From positions 7,311,812 to 7,375,811 of the forward strand of contig NC_092675.1 of NCBI RefSeq assembly GCF_964355755.1: a stretch of 64,000 nucleotides of DNA. The letters run 5' to 3'. A program made the position numbers and the translations under genes. The first letter of the stretch is position 1. Every line of letters begins with the position of its first letter. Origin of the DNA: Antedon mediterranea. Lineage: Eukaryota > Animalia > Echinodermata. The notes under the pieces were generated by a model, which worked only from the letters and a program-made list of their open reading frames with translations, searched no databases and was not told where the DNA came from. Positions 9,801 through 25,000 of the stretch are shown one piece after another.

Positions 9801-11142
9801 GATGTATTGTATTGTCTCAATCTTTACAGATGTTGCATGAGTAAAGGTCTGTTTTTCGTGAAGAATGGAAATATGTGATTCGATTAAGCACTCTATTTGG
9901 TTTGCTTTATATTATTATTATTATTCATTTACTCGTTATAAAAACATACTTAATATATATATCAATCCCATGATAAAAAGACAAGTTACAACAGATCGTC
10001 TAGATACACGGTATTATATAATGAAATACAATTCAAAAACACACAGAAATAATACTGGTGATAAGATAAGATAACTTTAAGTGCTTACAAAGTAATCAAT
10101 TAAATTAGCATTGTTACTTAAATATTTATAAATATAAAATGTATATAAAATTGTAATCAATTCAATGCATATCAAAATATAAAAATATGTTATTTTATGA
10201 GAACATTATCGAATTTAAATACGGAACCAAAACTACCATCGATAATTATAGATGATTTGGTTGTACCAATGTGGACAGACGAATGTCTTCATTACCGCAT
10301 CAAGAGAAACTAATCTTTAAAGTAATTTTTTTGTTTAAAAGATGTTTAACTTACCGTTGAAAAATATGTAAATATGTTTTTATTTATTTTTACAGCTTTT
10401 TTTAAATTTCTGTACAGGTATTTATTTATAACTTGTATAATGTAACATGATAAATTGAATGTATAAGTACATACATACATTTACAATAAACAGAGATAGA
10501 ATGTGAATAGTACATATTTATTTACATGTAAGTTCACGTAACTTACATTAGTGTACATATACACAGTAATTGTACTTTGTGGTTTTTTTTGAAAAATATG
10601 TATAATCGATTATCGATATTCTTATAGATTAATGTCGTATTATTTTATGCAAATACTATTTATTGATTGGCAGATTATGTCTGATGCCCATTATTATAAC
10701 AAATTTTACATTCCACGTCGACAGCTTTAATTATTGGTAGGAATATTACGAAAGTAACAGGGTGGGTAGACATTTCAGGAAAACAAAATGCTAATCATCA
10801 CACTTTTTGCCTTGCATTCGCCTCGCACTACGGAAACAAGAGCGAGGAGTGTCATGATACATTTTAAAAAACGTACTAGATACTGCAGCTGTAACTACAT
10901 ACATCTTAACTGACTATCGCAAGTCATCATCATGTACAAGTCTAGGCGAAGTGTATTAAATACTTAAATGGAATACATTGTTGTCTCTACTACTGTGAGT
11001 TCTATCTCATCTATCCCCCATGTCGACACTAAATCCGTAATCGGAGCAGATTGTTTTCAGACAGTTTTCAGAATTGTAATTTATAATAATGTAATAATTT
11101 ATTCATTCATTTAGAGTAAATAAAGTAAATATATTTTTACAG

Positions 11143-11172
11143 GGATAAGTGCATGCGCAGGATAGCTCAGAC
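11143..11172 (+). other. Putative 5'-UTR mini-exon of the following GPCR copy (also 24990-25019 and ~40997-41026), with an upstream exon ending at ~10994
   Basis: TTTTTACAG|GGATAAG...CAGAC|GTAAGA and CT|GTGAGT at 10994/10995, conserved in all three spacers; acceptor TTTGTAG at 13815 and 30670 just upstream of the ATG exon. No transcript data. Confidence 0.45.
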
Positions 11173-13242
11173 GTAAGAAATCGAGCCCATACCTTCTTCA
11201 CACAAAGGCAATTATTCTGTGCCAGTTTGAAGTGTGCTGTTATTATGTGTAATATAAAATACCTTTTTAAGGGTAGAGACGAATTCTTATAAGTATAACA
11301 ATAGGGTACAGTATGTCACCAAAAATGGAGTTGTTTGAAACTGTTAAACAATGTGTAATATTGTATAATTATGGCATAGATATTTATAAATTTAATATTC
11401 ATTTTTATATGTATTTTCATAACTGTTATATAATTTTAATTCAAAATAAAAATGTTTTTTCCAGTGGTAACTAAAAATGTAAGCTTACGTTATAAAATAT
11501 AAATCAACAAATGTTTAAAATGATAATTATTTTCATAATGTAATAAAGAATTGAATATAGGAAATTCATTTATCTCACACGGTAGTTGTAGAATCAAAAA
11601 GTCGAAACTACTTGTTATCAGTTTGGACTATATTGTACTCTTTTTTTAAAATTGCTGTTTTAGGAATGTTAAATTCTTTGCTTAGTGGAAAACAGTTATC
11701 CGTTTCTGTAAGAAATAGAGTCAAAATTGTTAATTAATTTGTTAAATTTGCCTCATTAGAATACAGTATTATATGGTTTGTTGTTACCATAGTCTTGTGG
11801 AAATGTGTGTATGTTACAGAATATTTAATAAATCACTATAAACACAGTTTAGCTGTTCTTTATAGATATCTGTTTTATTCATTAAATAATAAATTGTATA
11901 ATGTACTATACTGTTTTTTTTTCAAGAATTGGTTTGTAAAAATATAGTATGTCTACCAACTTGAGGATTGAATGTTTATATTTGTAATTTAATTGAATAT
12001 AATATTTTTTTAGTGTCCACGTCTGCCCTATAAGGTTGGTGAACACCAGTTCAAACATTTTTTTTTTCTAAAATACGTCAGCTTGAGGGCGCTATTAATT
12101 ATCCAAAATACGCGAATTGTCCAAAATACGTCAGCTTGAGGGCGCTATTGATTTTCCAAAAATACGCAATATTGTGCAATAGTCCATGAGAATTAGCTAA
12201 AAGTGAACCTTTGTGAAAACCCTTTTTGCTAGAAAAGCTTTTTATATGAAATAAGTTTTTCGACATTGGGAAGTAGCTTAATTTGCATATTTTAATAATA
12301 TTTGCGCCCATTTTTAATAATACTCTATATCTTGGAAACCGCTAGTCACAGATAATTAATAATTGCGTCAAAATCTTATTAATTTTAAGGAAAAAATTTG
12401 TCAAAAAATGAATGAAATGAAATTATTGACCTTTGACCTTTTTTTGGAGTTTTTTTTTTGTTTTGTTCTTGTTTGTGGCAGTTTTATAGTGCGCCTTAAA
12501 TGATTGAAAATTACCTGTATACTTTAGGAGTTTCCTGTACCTAGACCGGGGCTCAAGTCTGTAGCCTGACTTTACGTCCTACAGGATCGATTCTCTACTT
12601 GACAATATTTTTAAATATTTTTTTTAGTTTAAAGAGATTATTTTAGAGGGTGGGTTTTTAATACTTTGGGCAAGTTTATATTTGATAAAACCTAAGCCGT
12701 CAGACAGATAGATAGGTACTATTAGACTAAACAATGCCACATACATGACCAATGTGAGTACAGACAGTATCCCAACATTCACTTCGAACATCAACATAAT
12801 CAGTAGGTGAGAGGATGCATTCCCCGTATGGGTAATGCATCCACTCACCACCAGAATCCTTATCAACAGTCATCCTCCAAGCACAGAAACATAACACACA
12901 AGTATGTGCAGCATCAAAACAGTTGAAGACATGTACCACCATTACATTGAAATCCCTTCATCATGCCTTCAACAAACACTGCATGTTAGCCAAAGTAGGC
13001 ATAATTGTACCACCTGATCATTCTGCACCTTCATCTTTTAATTATTGTGCGGCACAACATCTATAAAATAATGTAACCCCTTTCATCTGGCCAGACGCAA
13101 CACATGGCATCTATCTCTAGTTCCGAAAAATTAGTTTAATTTCAGTTAAGAAGAATATCTGGTTTCGCATTACAATGAATTTGGTGATGGTTATTGTTTC
13201 GCTTGGTGATGATTCGTTGGCTTCGCAATGAACTATACATGA

Positions 13243-13310
13243 TTTGACTTGACAATGAATCTTTTTACTTGACGATGAAATCGTTTGACTTGACAATGGA
13301 TCGTTTGAGT
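13243..13310. repeat. ~20-bp minisatellite (TTTGACTTGACAATGAATC-like); also ~29338-29420
   Basis: Three to four imperfect tandem units. Confidence 0.7.
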
Positions 13311-13856
13311 CTATCTCAGTAACTCGGAGATATTTTATCCTAAGATAACTTTATTTAATTAAGATATTGCTCAAATTTGAGTTAGTGTTTACCGACCAAC
13401 CGACCGGCCGACCAATGACCGACATAGTGAACTGTAGACTCGCGTTTGCACGTGACTAAAAATCTTTGTTCTAGTTCATTACATTCATATACGATGACTA
13501 TTTTGAACATTAAACGTTTTTCATTAAGCGAATAATAATAATTATGTTTTTAACATACGCTTACTAGGTAAAAGGCAAACTCCTATCCAATTTCATAGCA
13601 CTTAATGGATACTCGGGACCTAATTTACAGAGAACTTCTACCTTCTTGGCTGACGAAGATGAAATTAAAGTATCGTGAATATTCGGATACAAAATATGGT
13701 ACTAGACGATAAATTGGTGATCTCTCTTAGCTTTACTGTTTGTTTTATTTTATTCTCTAATACTTTCGTTTTTATATAAATTAGAAAAATATAATTGTTG
13801 CTTCTAACTTTGTAGTTCACAGAAGAAATTTAACAGCAACTGAATTGTTGTTGAAG

Positions 13857-16800
13857 ATGTCAACGTTTAAGGAAGAAATATATACCGAATCTTCAACTGT
13901 GTTTTCTGCTTTAGAAATCGGAACTTACAAATCTGAGAATGTTACCGACCTGAAGAGCAGAAGTCTTTCGCTAAACTCAAGCAATTCACTGAGCGAAAGC
14001 TACTACTACTACTACTACTACGACTATTCAAATGATGACACTTTGTATCGTGTTCTCACGTGGTGTATTTACACGACAGCGTTTGTGACGGGATGTTGTG
14101 GAAACATTCTTGTGTTGTTTTCGATACATCGATGTCGCCAGTTGAAAGGTGTGCCAGCAATGCTACTGGTCAGTCTTGCTGTTGCTGATTTCCTAGTATG
14201 TCTTATCATCGTACCAGCTGAGATGTATGTGTTTTATACAACCGAGTTTCACTTGGGACCGTTTGTCTGCAAGTTTCTTACTTTACTGCACCAGTTGGTG
14301 TTCGCTTGTTCTTCGTTCACACTAACACTTATCAGCATTGAGAGGTAGGTATACTTCATACTTATTATTACTGCGTTCTGTTTCCATACCGGTACAGTTC
14401 TTCACTTTTTGTATTTTTTTTTTATTATTTTATTTTGTACGCATCAACAGCAACAAACTCGCCAATTACATGATAGATAAACTATGCTTGTTTGGTCGTT
14501 TGTTAACATAATTAACACTAAAGTAGGTGTGTTTATAAAAGCCATATAAAAATAACATTTAATATAATATTAATAAAAACTAAATGTTACCATTTTAATC
14601 AATGTGAATTAAATTTAGGCCTTGGCTAGGGCTACCTTGTATTTGATTCAAATGACAGGAATCTATTTAGAAATTATATAAAACAAATAATGAATGTTTT
14701 ATATTCATATAATAGTAGAAATAATGGCATTTGGTAAATGATGAAAGGTTAAATGTTAACTTTTTTTAAACATGAAACATGCTTAACAGAACATTAATCC
14801 AGTCAGCCATTGTGTAATCATATTTCATTAATATACAAATAATGGATGTTTGCGAGTGTAATGGTACAAATAATGGCATAAGGTGATATATAACCTTTCA
14901 TCATTCACCTTATGCCATTATTTGTACCATTACACTCATAAACATTCATTATTTGTATATTAATGTAATATGATTACACAATGGCTGACTGGATTAATGT
15001 TCTGTTGAACATGTTTTTATAGTTAATCATGTCTTCTTAAGGTTATATGTTGTCAAATATCCCCTTCATGCAAGATCCGTTATCACAACAAGACGTGCTC
15101 GGTTTGTTATTGCCGGAGTATGGCTGTCTGCGGCGTTATGCGCAGTACCAAACACATACAGGCAGGTAATGTCAATAATATTAAAACATTTTTCCGTCGG
15201 TTACCGTTATTGAAATGTTTGATATTCATAAAATTAAACCTACAACTAACCTGTTTCACAGTGTCTTAGATGATCAATACTATTTTAACGTATAGTGTTT
15301 ATTGTTTGGTGGAGGTGGGGATGCGGATTTAATTTGAGGGAGGTGCTTATTGGAGAGATACGTTTAATATGTTAGTATTAATAATATGGTAACATATATA
15401 AATACAATCCTCTAGTAGTAGTGGTAAAAAAGAATAACAAATACTTGGTAAATTGTAGATAACAGTCCGATGAAATCTACAACAAATAGTATAATTTTGT
15501 TATAAATATAATACAATATGTGTGTATGAATGTGGATGGGCGGTAATTAGATGGTTGGGAGGGTGGGTATGAGGGTCAGCGATAATTATTTTAAGTGATG
15601 TTTTATTTTTTACCTAATTGGTATAATTAATACATTATTCCGCGACACAGTGGGCCATTTTGACAAAGATGGAAGACGTTTTAGACGGCTTGCAACATGG
15701 GCAGAAGTATCCCAGGTCTTAACAAAACAGATAGCGCACATCAGTAGCCTATACAGTCCTGGCATCTTACTCAACAACTCGGCTATCGGGGTTTTACTCT
15801 ATTTCAAACAAGAGCTCTTATCATCAGGTCTCCCGATGTAATTGTATATACTTATTCCCCACAATATACTCCTATGCTTCATGAATATATTTAATTTAAT
15901 CTTTATTTTAACTATACCGTACCTTCACACGCGCGGACAGAAAATAAACAAAAAACTTAAATGGATATCGCCACCAACGGCCAACTTAATTAAAACCAGG
16001 AAGTTGCAAGGTGAACTTTAGTACTTTAGTCCATGGGACCGGGATTTAGCTAAACTAGCCATATATTATTATTATCTTGTATTGACAACTGGGGATAACA
16101 GTGTCCAACATGGCATACAAATAGTAGGCGATACAAGCAAGAAAATAGCAATAAAAAAACTTAAATAATATTTTCACTAACTTTAAGAATTATATACATG
16201 GCTGCAGTCGCGTGCACAAATTTGAGTTAGTGTTTACCGACCGACCGACATAGTGAGCTGTAGAGTCGCGTTTGCACGCACGCATGAAATTTTAGACACA
16301 AATTGCAAGAAAAGATTTTTGTTGATGAAATGTCTTCTTTAGACCCTGCTGAACACCATTTTAATTATGCAAATTAAGCTACTTCCCAATGTTAAAAAAT
16401 GTCTTAACGTTGATAGTTGTGTTCTGTATGGCCAAAAGAACCTATTTCATATAAAAGACCTTTTTTGCAATTACTTTGATTTAAAAGTCTAATTCCCATG
16501 GACATATTAGGGCTTTCGTACAAGCGTTCAAATCATTTTTCTTCTTTATCACTGTTTCTTTCCAAGCATTCTTTTCATTTTCCATGCTGTTTTTCTTTCA
16601 TTTTATTCCTACTACTATTATTATTATTATCTTTCTAAATAGATATATCAAAGGCATGAGTGGGGCATATACAGATGGACAACGTGTAGCCCAAGCGTGA
16701 TAGAACCTTGGAATAAAATGAACGCCATGTTTGACTTCTTGGTGAAATTTATCGTTCCGGTACTTATCATGGGAGTATCTTACGCAATTGTTACTGTCAC

Positions 16801-19800
16801 TCTATACAAGAGCACTAGACAGAGTAGGCGGTTACAAGGTATAGAGATGTCAAATAACGGGATCAGTGAGTCTGCAGAGCGACATCAGGCTGACAAAAAA
16901 CAGGTATGACTCGTAACAGTCATAACTGAGTAACAATGCTCGGTACCTATTTCCTAAATAAACACTCTAAATATCTCTCTTCAAAATATAATAAAAACAA
17001 TATTTACCTTTCATTAAAAAAATCCGTAGGATAGAGCTGTGTGAGTACTCAAAACAGAGCATTACCTGTTACGCACAAACTGTGACTGAACAGCTGACAA
17101 TAGTATATTTATACGCGCTTCATATTTTGTAATTCACCGTCGTGGCGTCATTAATCAGCATATCTATATATAAATGTACGTAAGGGCAAAATTCGGTAAA
17201 TCGCGCGTTACTACTAGAATATTTACTCGATGGTATATAAGGTTGTTCGTACTTTCGGTACTGATTTTAACCACCTGATTTTAACCAACTAATTAAATTC
17301 TGTTAGACAATTAAAACGAATTTACGTTCAAAGATTTGCCCCAAATACGGTTGTTTTCCGATCGCGGTATACACTGTCTAATAGATGTCTATCTTGAAAA
17401 ATACCCGCACACAATAATACGAGGATGCTTTACATTTACCTATCTCCTTGTACGATAATTGTTTTTAATAGCTGAAAATCGAACAGCTCGAGTACAGCAT
17501 CATAATGTTGAAGCCGATTTACTTTTAAGAATACTATTTTGATTTAATATACCTACGTTTATATAAATGTATTGATTTGCGATGAATAGAACATTCCAAT
17601 CTCTCATTCTCTCCCAGTATAGTAGTTTGGTTTAACACAAGTAGGTACATTTATAGGCCCTTGGGAGATCGACCTAAAACCTTTACATATTGTATTGTAA
17701 TATTTTGACAATACTGTAAATACGTATTAACCATTTTTGGTCGCCATTTCTTACTATGAGGGTACTGTTAGAAATAAACATATATACAAATAAATGTATT
17801 ACAGTGTGGGTACTGTTAGATATATACGCATAATATACAAATACATTTTATTACTGACAGTTGCTCTCAACGTTTGTATTAATTAATAATTACAAAAAAT
17901 ATAAACGTACTTTACTATTTCAATCGACTATGACAGTGACAGAAAGTATAAATCGCAAATGTTCCACTGTAGTTAGTGGTATATTATTTATAGGCCAATA
18001 AAACATGAAAACATATTTCGTTACTGAGTGGATAAAGAATATAGGCCTATTTAAAATTGTTCCTCTACCCATCCTCTTCCCCATCCCTCAACCCTAATGT
18101 TACATACAAAACAAACATTGGGTTTGTTTAAATAAGTGTAAATAAAAGTTTGGACTCATTTTGTGACAAGTTTCTTTTTCGGAAGTAATTTCCAGGGTGC
18201 TAATTTTAGTTGAGTACATAAATCATCGGTACGTACATGTGAAGTCACCTGTTTTTTACGCTGAAATTACTGTGTATTCGAGAACCATCTAGTTTATAAT
18301 AATTTAGGTATTTGTATAGTGCCAGTATCAACTAAACCGAAGTAAAAATCAAAGGCGCTTGTATTAGATTTTAAAAAGATGCGTTGTAAGTTCTTTTTAA
18401 AAAATAGCAATAGATGTTGATTTAGAAATATGTCGAGGGAAAGAATTCCAAAGAGAAGCAGCAGAGAACACAAAAGACCTTTGTCCACAGGTGTTTTTTT
18501 TAGAAAAAACCAGTAGGTTTTGATCAGCTGAAAGAAGACAAGCAAGAGGGGTGTAGGAGGAAATAATATTAAGAAGGATGCGTGCAGCAGTGTTCTGGAG
18601 ACGTTGAAGTTGATTCAACCAAGATTTCGGTAGGGCAAAGAAAAGGGGGTTGCAATAGTCAAGGCGAGAAGTGACTGAGTGACTGATGTATTAATGTTGC
18701 GTGATCATCTTGAGAGAACGAAGCTCATTGTATTAACTTATTTAAAAACAAGGTGACCAGTTAGCTCAATCGACTGAGCGTCATGTTAACAACACAATGT
18801 TGTGAGTTCGATTCCCACGCTGGTTTTGGAATAGAGTTAAGGCTATGCGAGCTAGTGTTTGGGGTTCACAGAATTATACGTCTCCCTTTCCATCACATCA
18901 TGAGGCAGCAACATCAATGCATCTGATTTCATGGAAACGATCCAAATGCTGTGGCGGGGACTTAGTACTGAGGCAGCGAGAGCACACCATAACATCTTTT
19001 TTTTCTTCTTTTTTTTTTGGCTTATGCCACCTCCTTCGATCTCGTAAATTGTTTAGCGCCCTCAATTTTAGAACAGTCAGAAAATTATGAATAAATATTA
19101 TAGAACATATGTAAAGATGCAGATGTCTAGACCAACTTCGAAGTTAGACTAATCCGCCGTCGGGCTAGGCTGGGCATATGAAGCCGAGTTTTTATTGTAC
19201 AGAGCCACACCTCAAACTTTGAAGTCGCATTTGGATATTAAATTTAGATTTGTTATAAAACAGCAACAATCATTACGCCTGTGATTCCCCTTATTCCACG
19301 ATTATTTACCTCCGCTAAGGAGGTATGTAATCGACTTGTTTGTTAGCACGATTACTCAAAAAGTAATTACAAGATAAATATGTGGTCAAGGACCACTCCA
19401 TTAAATTGTGGATGCAATCCGTATCACGGTCCCAATTCTGGACCACTTGCTAGTGTTAAAAGATAGGACAAAATTTTCAATAGTCGACGAGCAGCCTTAA
19501 AGTAATAAGTAAATTGAAATTGCATTTTCTCGAGAACTACTTGTCCAAATAATTTCATTTTTGTACAAGAGGCAAGAGTTATAATTTATGATTTGTAATT
19601 TTAAAACATAATTTGATTTAATTTACAGGTTTTTTGATACAAGTATTTTTTAAAAACCTATTTCTTTTCAAATTCACTCGTTTGTTTTTGGCGTTGCTGT
19701 TCTATTGTTAGTCAACGGAATATATTGTTAGTTGAAAGGCTGGTTACATAACCATTACACCAAATTCGCATACACATGCTTCTGGCGAAATTAGCCTAAA

Positions 19801-22049
19801 TCACACATAGGAAAAAATTCTTACTAAATTGCAGATCCAAATAGTTTATCTAAAACAATAGGCTATTGTATACGACTTCCTGATGACTCACTTCTATTAA
19901 GCACTATGAGACAACTGTGTCACTTATGTTTTATATTTCACCTGAAGAGTGCGGCCAGCTACATGCTGGTCGTACGAAACAAATGTGTAGTGATTAAAAC
20001 AATGAAGTAACCAAGTTTTCTGCTGTTATTTTATTTATTTAAGCTCTACCTTGGTATTGAGCACTCTATCCTAACGGTCTGATAATTTCAACCTGTATAT
20101 ATATATATGTATATGATTTGTATATAAATCCGAAGGCAAATTACTGAACAAATGATAATGCTGTAGGTATCAGTAGCTGGATCTCAAATGAGATACAAAA
20201 AAAAGCGAAAAGCTAAATCAAAACGATAAAGTAAAACAGCCAGAAAAGTTAGCAGAGCTTTCGGGAAACACTAGCCCTTCATCAGTGCAAGTGTATATAA
20301 ATCAATTAAGCGAGAGGTTGCAGGATCGAATCCCGCAAGAGACATTTTTTCATACTAACTAAAAAATACGGAACTTTCACCAATAAGCTTTGCTCGACAC
20401 GATTATGAGATCATGTTTCGAATATGAGCACTGTTTCTATAATTTACAGTATGATTTATATATAATAATATATATATACAAATCAGGCAAAGAACATTAA
20501 TTCTAAACCGCCCGGTGATATACTGAAATTTAATTAATTAATTTAAAACGATAAAGATGAGGAAATCTGTGAGAATGAGAAAAAGTCGCCCCAACCGAGA
20601 CTCAAACTCGGACCGCCTGCTTGATATGCAGATGTCCTAACCATTAGACCACTGGGGCTTTCATGGTATTGTTCGAACTCGATTGGATAGCGACTCTTTA
20701 ACATTCTCGGCGTGGTACGGCGAAACAGCACTAGTCTTCAGTTGTACGCACGCGCACCAGAGATCAAATTGATACGCCCTCATCTTACAAGCAGGCGGTC
20801 CGAGTTCGAGTCTCGGTTGGGGCGACTTTTTCTCATTCTCACAGATTTCCTCATCTTTATCGTTTCAAAATAATAATATATATATATATATATATATCTA
20901 TATTTTCCCAGAGAAATCTTTTGTAGGAGAATTTTACAGTAGGCGGAGGTATAAACTCTCGGAGTGGCTTTCTAGATTTTATACTTGGTACTGCTTTATT
21001 TATACTGCAGTATTTAAGACAGGCTCTAATTTCAGATAATGTTCCTGTTTCTTCGTGTATTTGTTCAATGGGTTTGTTGTATAAGATTGGTATACTTCTG
21101 AAGTGATTTTTTTGTGAAATCCTCTCTCATTGGCTGTTTGCTCTTGGGCGATTTTTATCCAAAATTTGAAATTTAAATCAGTTGAAATGAAATAATAATA
21201 TTGAAAAAAATATAAATATTGAAAAAAGAAAATTCACATAAATACATTTTTTAAGAAAATAAAATGTTAATAAGAGTTATATGGCCCTGATCAAGTTGAG
21301 GGTAAAAGGTTAAATGTTTTGTGTGGATCAACTATTATGTGATGTTTTTCAACACTTCTTCCAATCCTTGCTTGCGTGATACCAAAGCTTTAAAAAATCC
21401 ACTATAATTCCAGTACCCAAAAACAATAATACTAAGCAACTAAACGATTTAAGACCAGTTGCTCTTACATCTCTAATAATGAAGAAAACAAGAAAAATAT
21501 ACTGTACGTAGTGTGGGTGTTACATATTATTCTTTTTAGGCTATAATCGTTTTGGAGTTTTCTTGAAACTCACATAAATAAAACTGAAAAATAACTACCT
21601 CCTTCTACTGCCCCAATCCTGTTTATATCCCATTATTTCTTGATAAGTCTTCAATTTAGAATTAAAATATTTAAAATATCAACATCAATTTTCGTGTCAC
21701 TGACTTAAAAACCTTTCTTTGTTGTTTTTTTTTAACTCAGGCAATCCTAATGATCTTCATCGTAGTATTGCTGTACATTTTAACATGGGGACCTTTCATG
21801 ATATTTCAACTTCTGGGAAGGTTCGACGTCATCAACGTAACATATGAAGGACACATGAGGCTCACATACACATTAACGAGAATGTTAGGTATAGGAAATA
21901 GTTGTATTAATCCATTCCTCTATGTTTTCATGTCAAAAAGCTTTCGGTCGGCTATCAAGACCACATTGTGCTGTACCAAAACCACGGATGTCGTTACAAA
22001 CAACATTGGACGCAGTGTGTCTGGTGGCTTAAACTCCTCTAGACGGTAA
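13857..22049 (+). CDS. Class A peptide-receptor-like GPCR, copy 2; 393 aa, canonical NPFLY
   Basis: Exons 13857-14344, 15042-15165, 16643-16903, 21741-22049, equal to copy 1 plus 13,847 bp. TM7 reads NSCINPFLY. Confidence 0.93.
19938..19993 (+). ncRNA. Type I hammerhead ribozyme motif (duplicate of 6091-6146)
   Basis: Same sequence at +13,847. Confidence 0.85.
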
Positions 22050-25000
22050 CTACTAGCTACAGCATATCACAGGTATCAGAAAATGGGATTAGACCTTGAT
22101 TAAGCAAGAATAATAGATTGTCTTTCAAAATTAGACGAAAATCATAGAAATAAGTATGTTTTGACAAAACAAATCCATTTCAAAATTAAATAAAAGATTT
22201 CTATTTAACAAATTTATTGATAAAATCAAATATGAAAAAAAAAGTGTTCGCATTATTCCAAATATCCATTTGCTACCAGATGCACAAACTTTTTCATCCA
22301 TTTATTCAATCTGTTATTTGGAAATCTCTGGTACATAAAAAGTAGGCCTAAAAGTAACAAATAAGCTGTTTACCGGTAATGACTATTTACTACAAGACGA
22401 CGCGCTCTTATCTCAGGATCGTATTCCACCTGAAAATCATCTTTGACTTATATACGACGTTGTCTATAATCGTTTAGACTAAACCTTTTCACTTGAATTA
22501 AATCAACACATCGGGCCATATATCGATATTCTTTTTGATCGATCTTTTTCTTTCAAACAACTGTCACGGCTCCACCTATAGAGGGAGACCTTTAGAACCA
22601 TCAAAGTATCCTAGAGGGAGACGTAACACTAAAAGTATGCTAGAGGGAGACATAACAGCCAAAGTATCCTCTACACGCTAGATCTATTGTAGACTTGCCC
22701 CAAGTCTGTATTTATTGTCTTTTTTTTATTTATTTGTTTTTATTTCGACCGCGATTTTTGTCTGAAAATACAGACTTGTGAAACACGTATAGAAATCGAT
22801 TTGCAAACCGCAAACATCCGATAAGAATGATGTAGGTTATCATACCGTATTTGGCTATATAGGGCGGGCGGTATGTAAATATGGATTTCGAATCAACCAA
22901 TGATCATTTTGTTTCAAAATGAAAAAGATCGAGTACGTACGTACAGTGTGCTGAATATACGATCGAGACTGAACAACTCTTGAAATATAAAATCGTGTTG
23001 CCAAGTTGTTTTGTTTATTAATTGTTCTGGCCTAGGCCTCCTTCGTAGGCGGGTTCGTAGGGCTACTCAACTCGTACGTATGACCTTCCAAATAAAACGC
23101 CAATAAGGTACATACCACCACCGACCGCCGGCACACAACAGGGCTACACCACCACACAGAACAGGACAGGGTCTGGGTGGGAATTAAATCAAATTTTCTC
23201 CGCATAATAAATGCCATCCATTCAATGTTTGATTTTGCGGAGAACTAGCCTATCATATCACGACGAGTTTTCATGTTCTTGGGAAAAATCAAATGTTTAC
23301 CAGACTACTAGGCATATAAAATCATTTTTAGCCTTCAGAAACTTTCATCAATGTACCCAAGTACACATTGTCTAAACGTAACATAGCGCATGCGCATCGT
23401 CTTAGACGTTGAGTCTTTGAAATTCTGAAATATGAATATTAAAACGACGTACGAGTGAGTAGCCAATGGCATGCGGCTGAAACTAGTCAACTGGATAATT
23501 TATGCACCAAGAATTCTTGGTGTCAAACCACGTGACTTATGCGTGTTTCCCCAGACGGAGTATCCAAACTCAAGTAATACACGTATGAAACGCCATATGT
23601 GCAAAAATATTTATATTTTTACAAAACTCCGTCTGGAGCCCAGACTAGATGTATTGTATTGTCTCAATCTTTACAGATGTTGCATGAGTAAAGGTCTGTT
23701 TTTCGTGAAGAATGGAAATATGTGATTCGATTAAGCACTCTATTTGGTTTGCTTTATATTATTATTATTATTCATTTACTCGTTATAAAAACATACTTAA
23801 TATATATATCAATCCCATGATAAAAAGACAAGTTACAACAGATCGTCTAGATACACGGTATTATATAATGAAATACAATTCAAAAACACACAGAAATAAT
23901 ACTGGTGATAAGATAAGATAACTTTAAGTGCTTACAAAGTAATCAATTAAATTAGCATTGTTACTTAAATATTTATAAATATAAAATGTATATAAAATTG
24001 TAATCAATTCAATGCATATCAAAATATAAAAATATGTTATTTTATGAGAACATTATCGAATTTAAATACGGAACCAAAACTACCATCGATAATTATAGAT
24101 GATTTGGTTGTACCAATGTGGACAGACGAATGTCTTCATTACCGCATCAAGAGAAACTAATCTTTAAAGTAATTTTTTTGTTTAAAAGATGTTTAACTTA
24201 CCGTTGAAAAATATGTAAATATGTTTTTATTTATTTTTACAGCTTTTTTTAAATTTCTGTACAGGTATTTATTTATAACTTGTATAATGTAACATGATAA
24301 ATTGAATGTATAAGTACATACATACATTTACAATAAACAGAGATAGAATGTGAATAGTACATATTTATTTACATGTAAGTTCACGTAACTTACATTAGTG
24401 TACATATACACAGTAATTGTACTTTGTGGTTTTTTTTGAAAAATATGTATAATCGATTATCGATATTCTTATAGATTAATGTCGTATTATTTTATGCAAA
24501 TACTATTTATTGATTGGCAGATTATGTCTGATGCCCATTATTATAACAAATTTTACATTCCACGTCGACAGCTTTAATTATTGGTAGGAATATTACGAAA
24601 GTAACAGGGTGGGTAGACATTTCAGGAAAACAAAATGCTAATCATCACACTTTTTGCCTTGCATTCGCCTCGCACTACGGAAACAAGAGCGAGGAGTGTC
24701 ATGATACATTTTAAAAAACGTACTAGATACTGCAGCTGTAACTACATACATCTTAACTGACTATCGCAAGTCATCATCATGTACAAGTCTAGGCGAAGTG
24801 TATTAAATACTTAAATGGAATACATTGTTGTCTCTACTACTGTGAGTTCTATCTCATCTATCCCCCATGTCGACACTAAATCCGTAATCGGAGCAGATTG
24901 TTTTCAGACAGTTTTCAGAATTGTAATTTATAATAATGTAATAATTTATTCATTCATTTAGAGTAAATAAAGTAAATATATTTTTACAGGGATAAGTGCA

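Noticed and set aside
12727-12942. Cys/His-rich minus-strand ORF as a PHD/zinc-finger remnant
   Set aside because: Cys spacing does not fit, and the paralogous spacer at ~26250-26510 has indels that break the frame.
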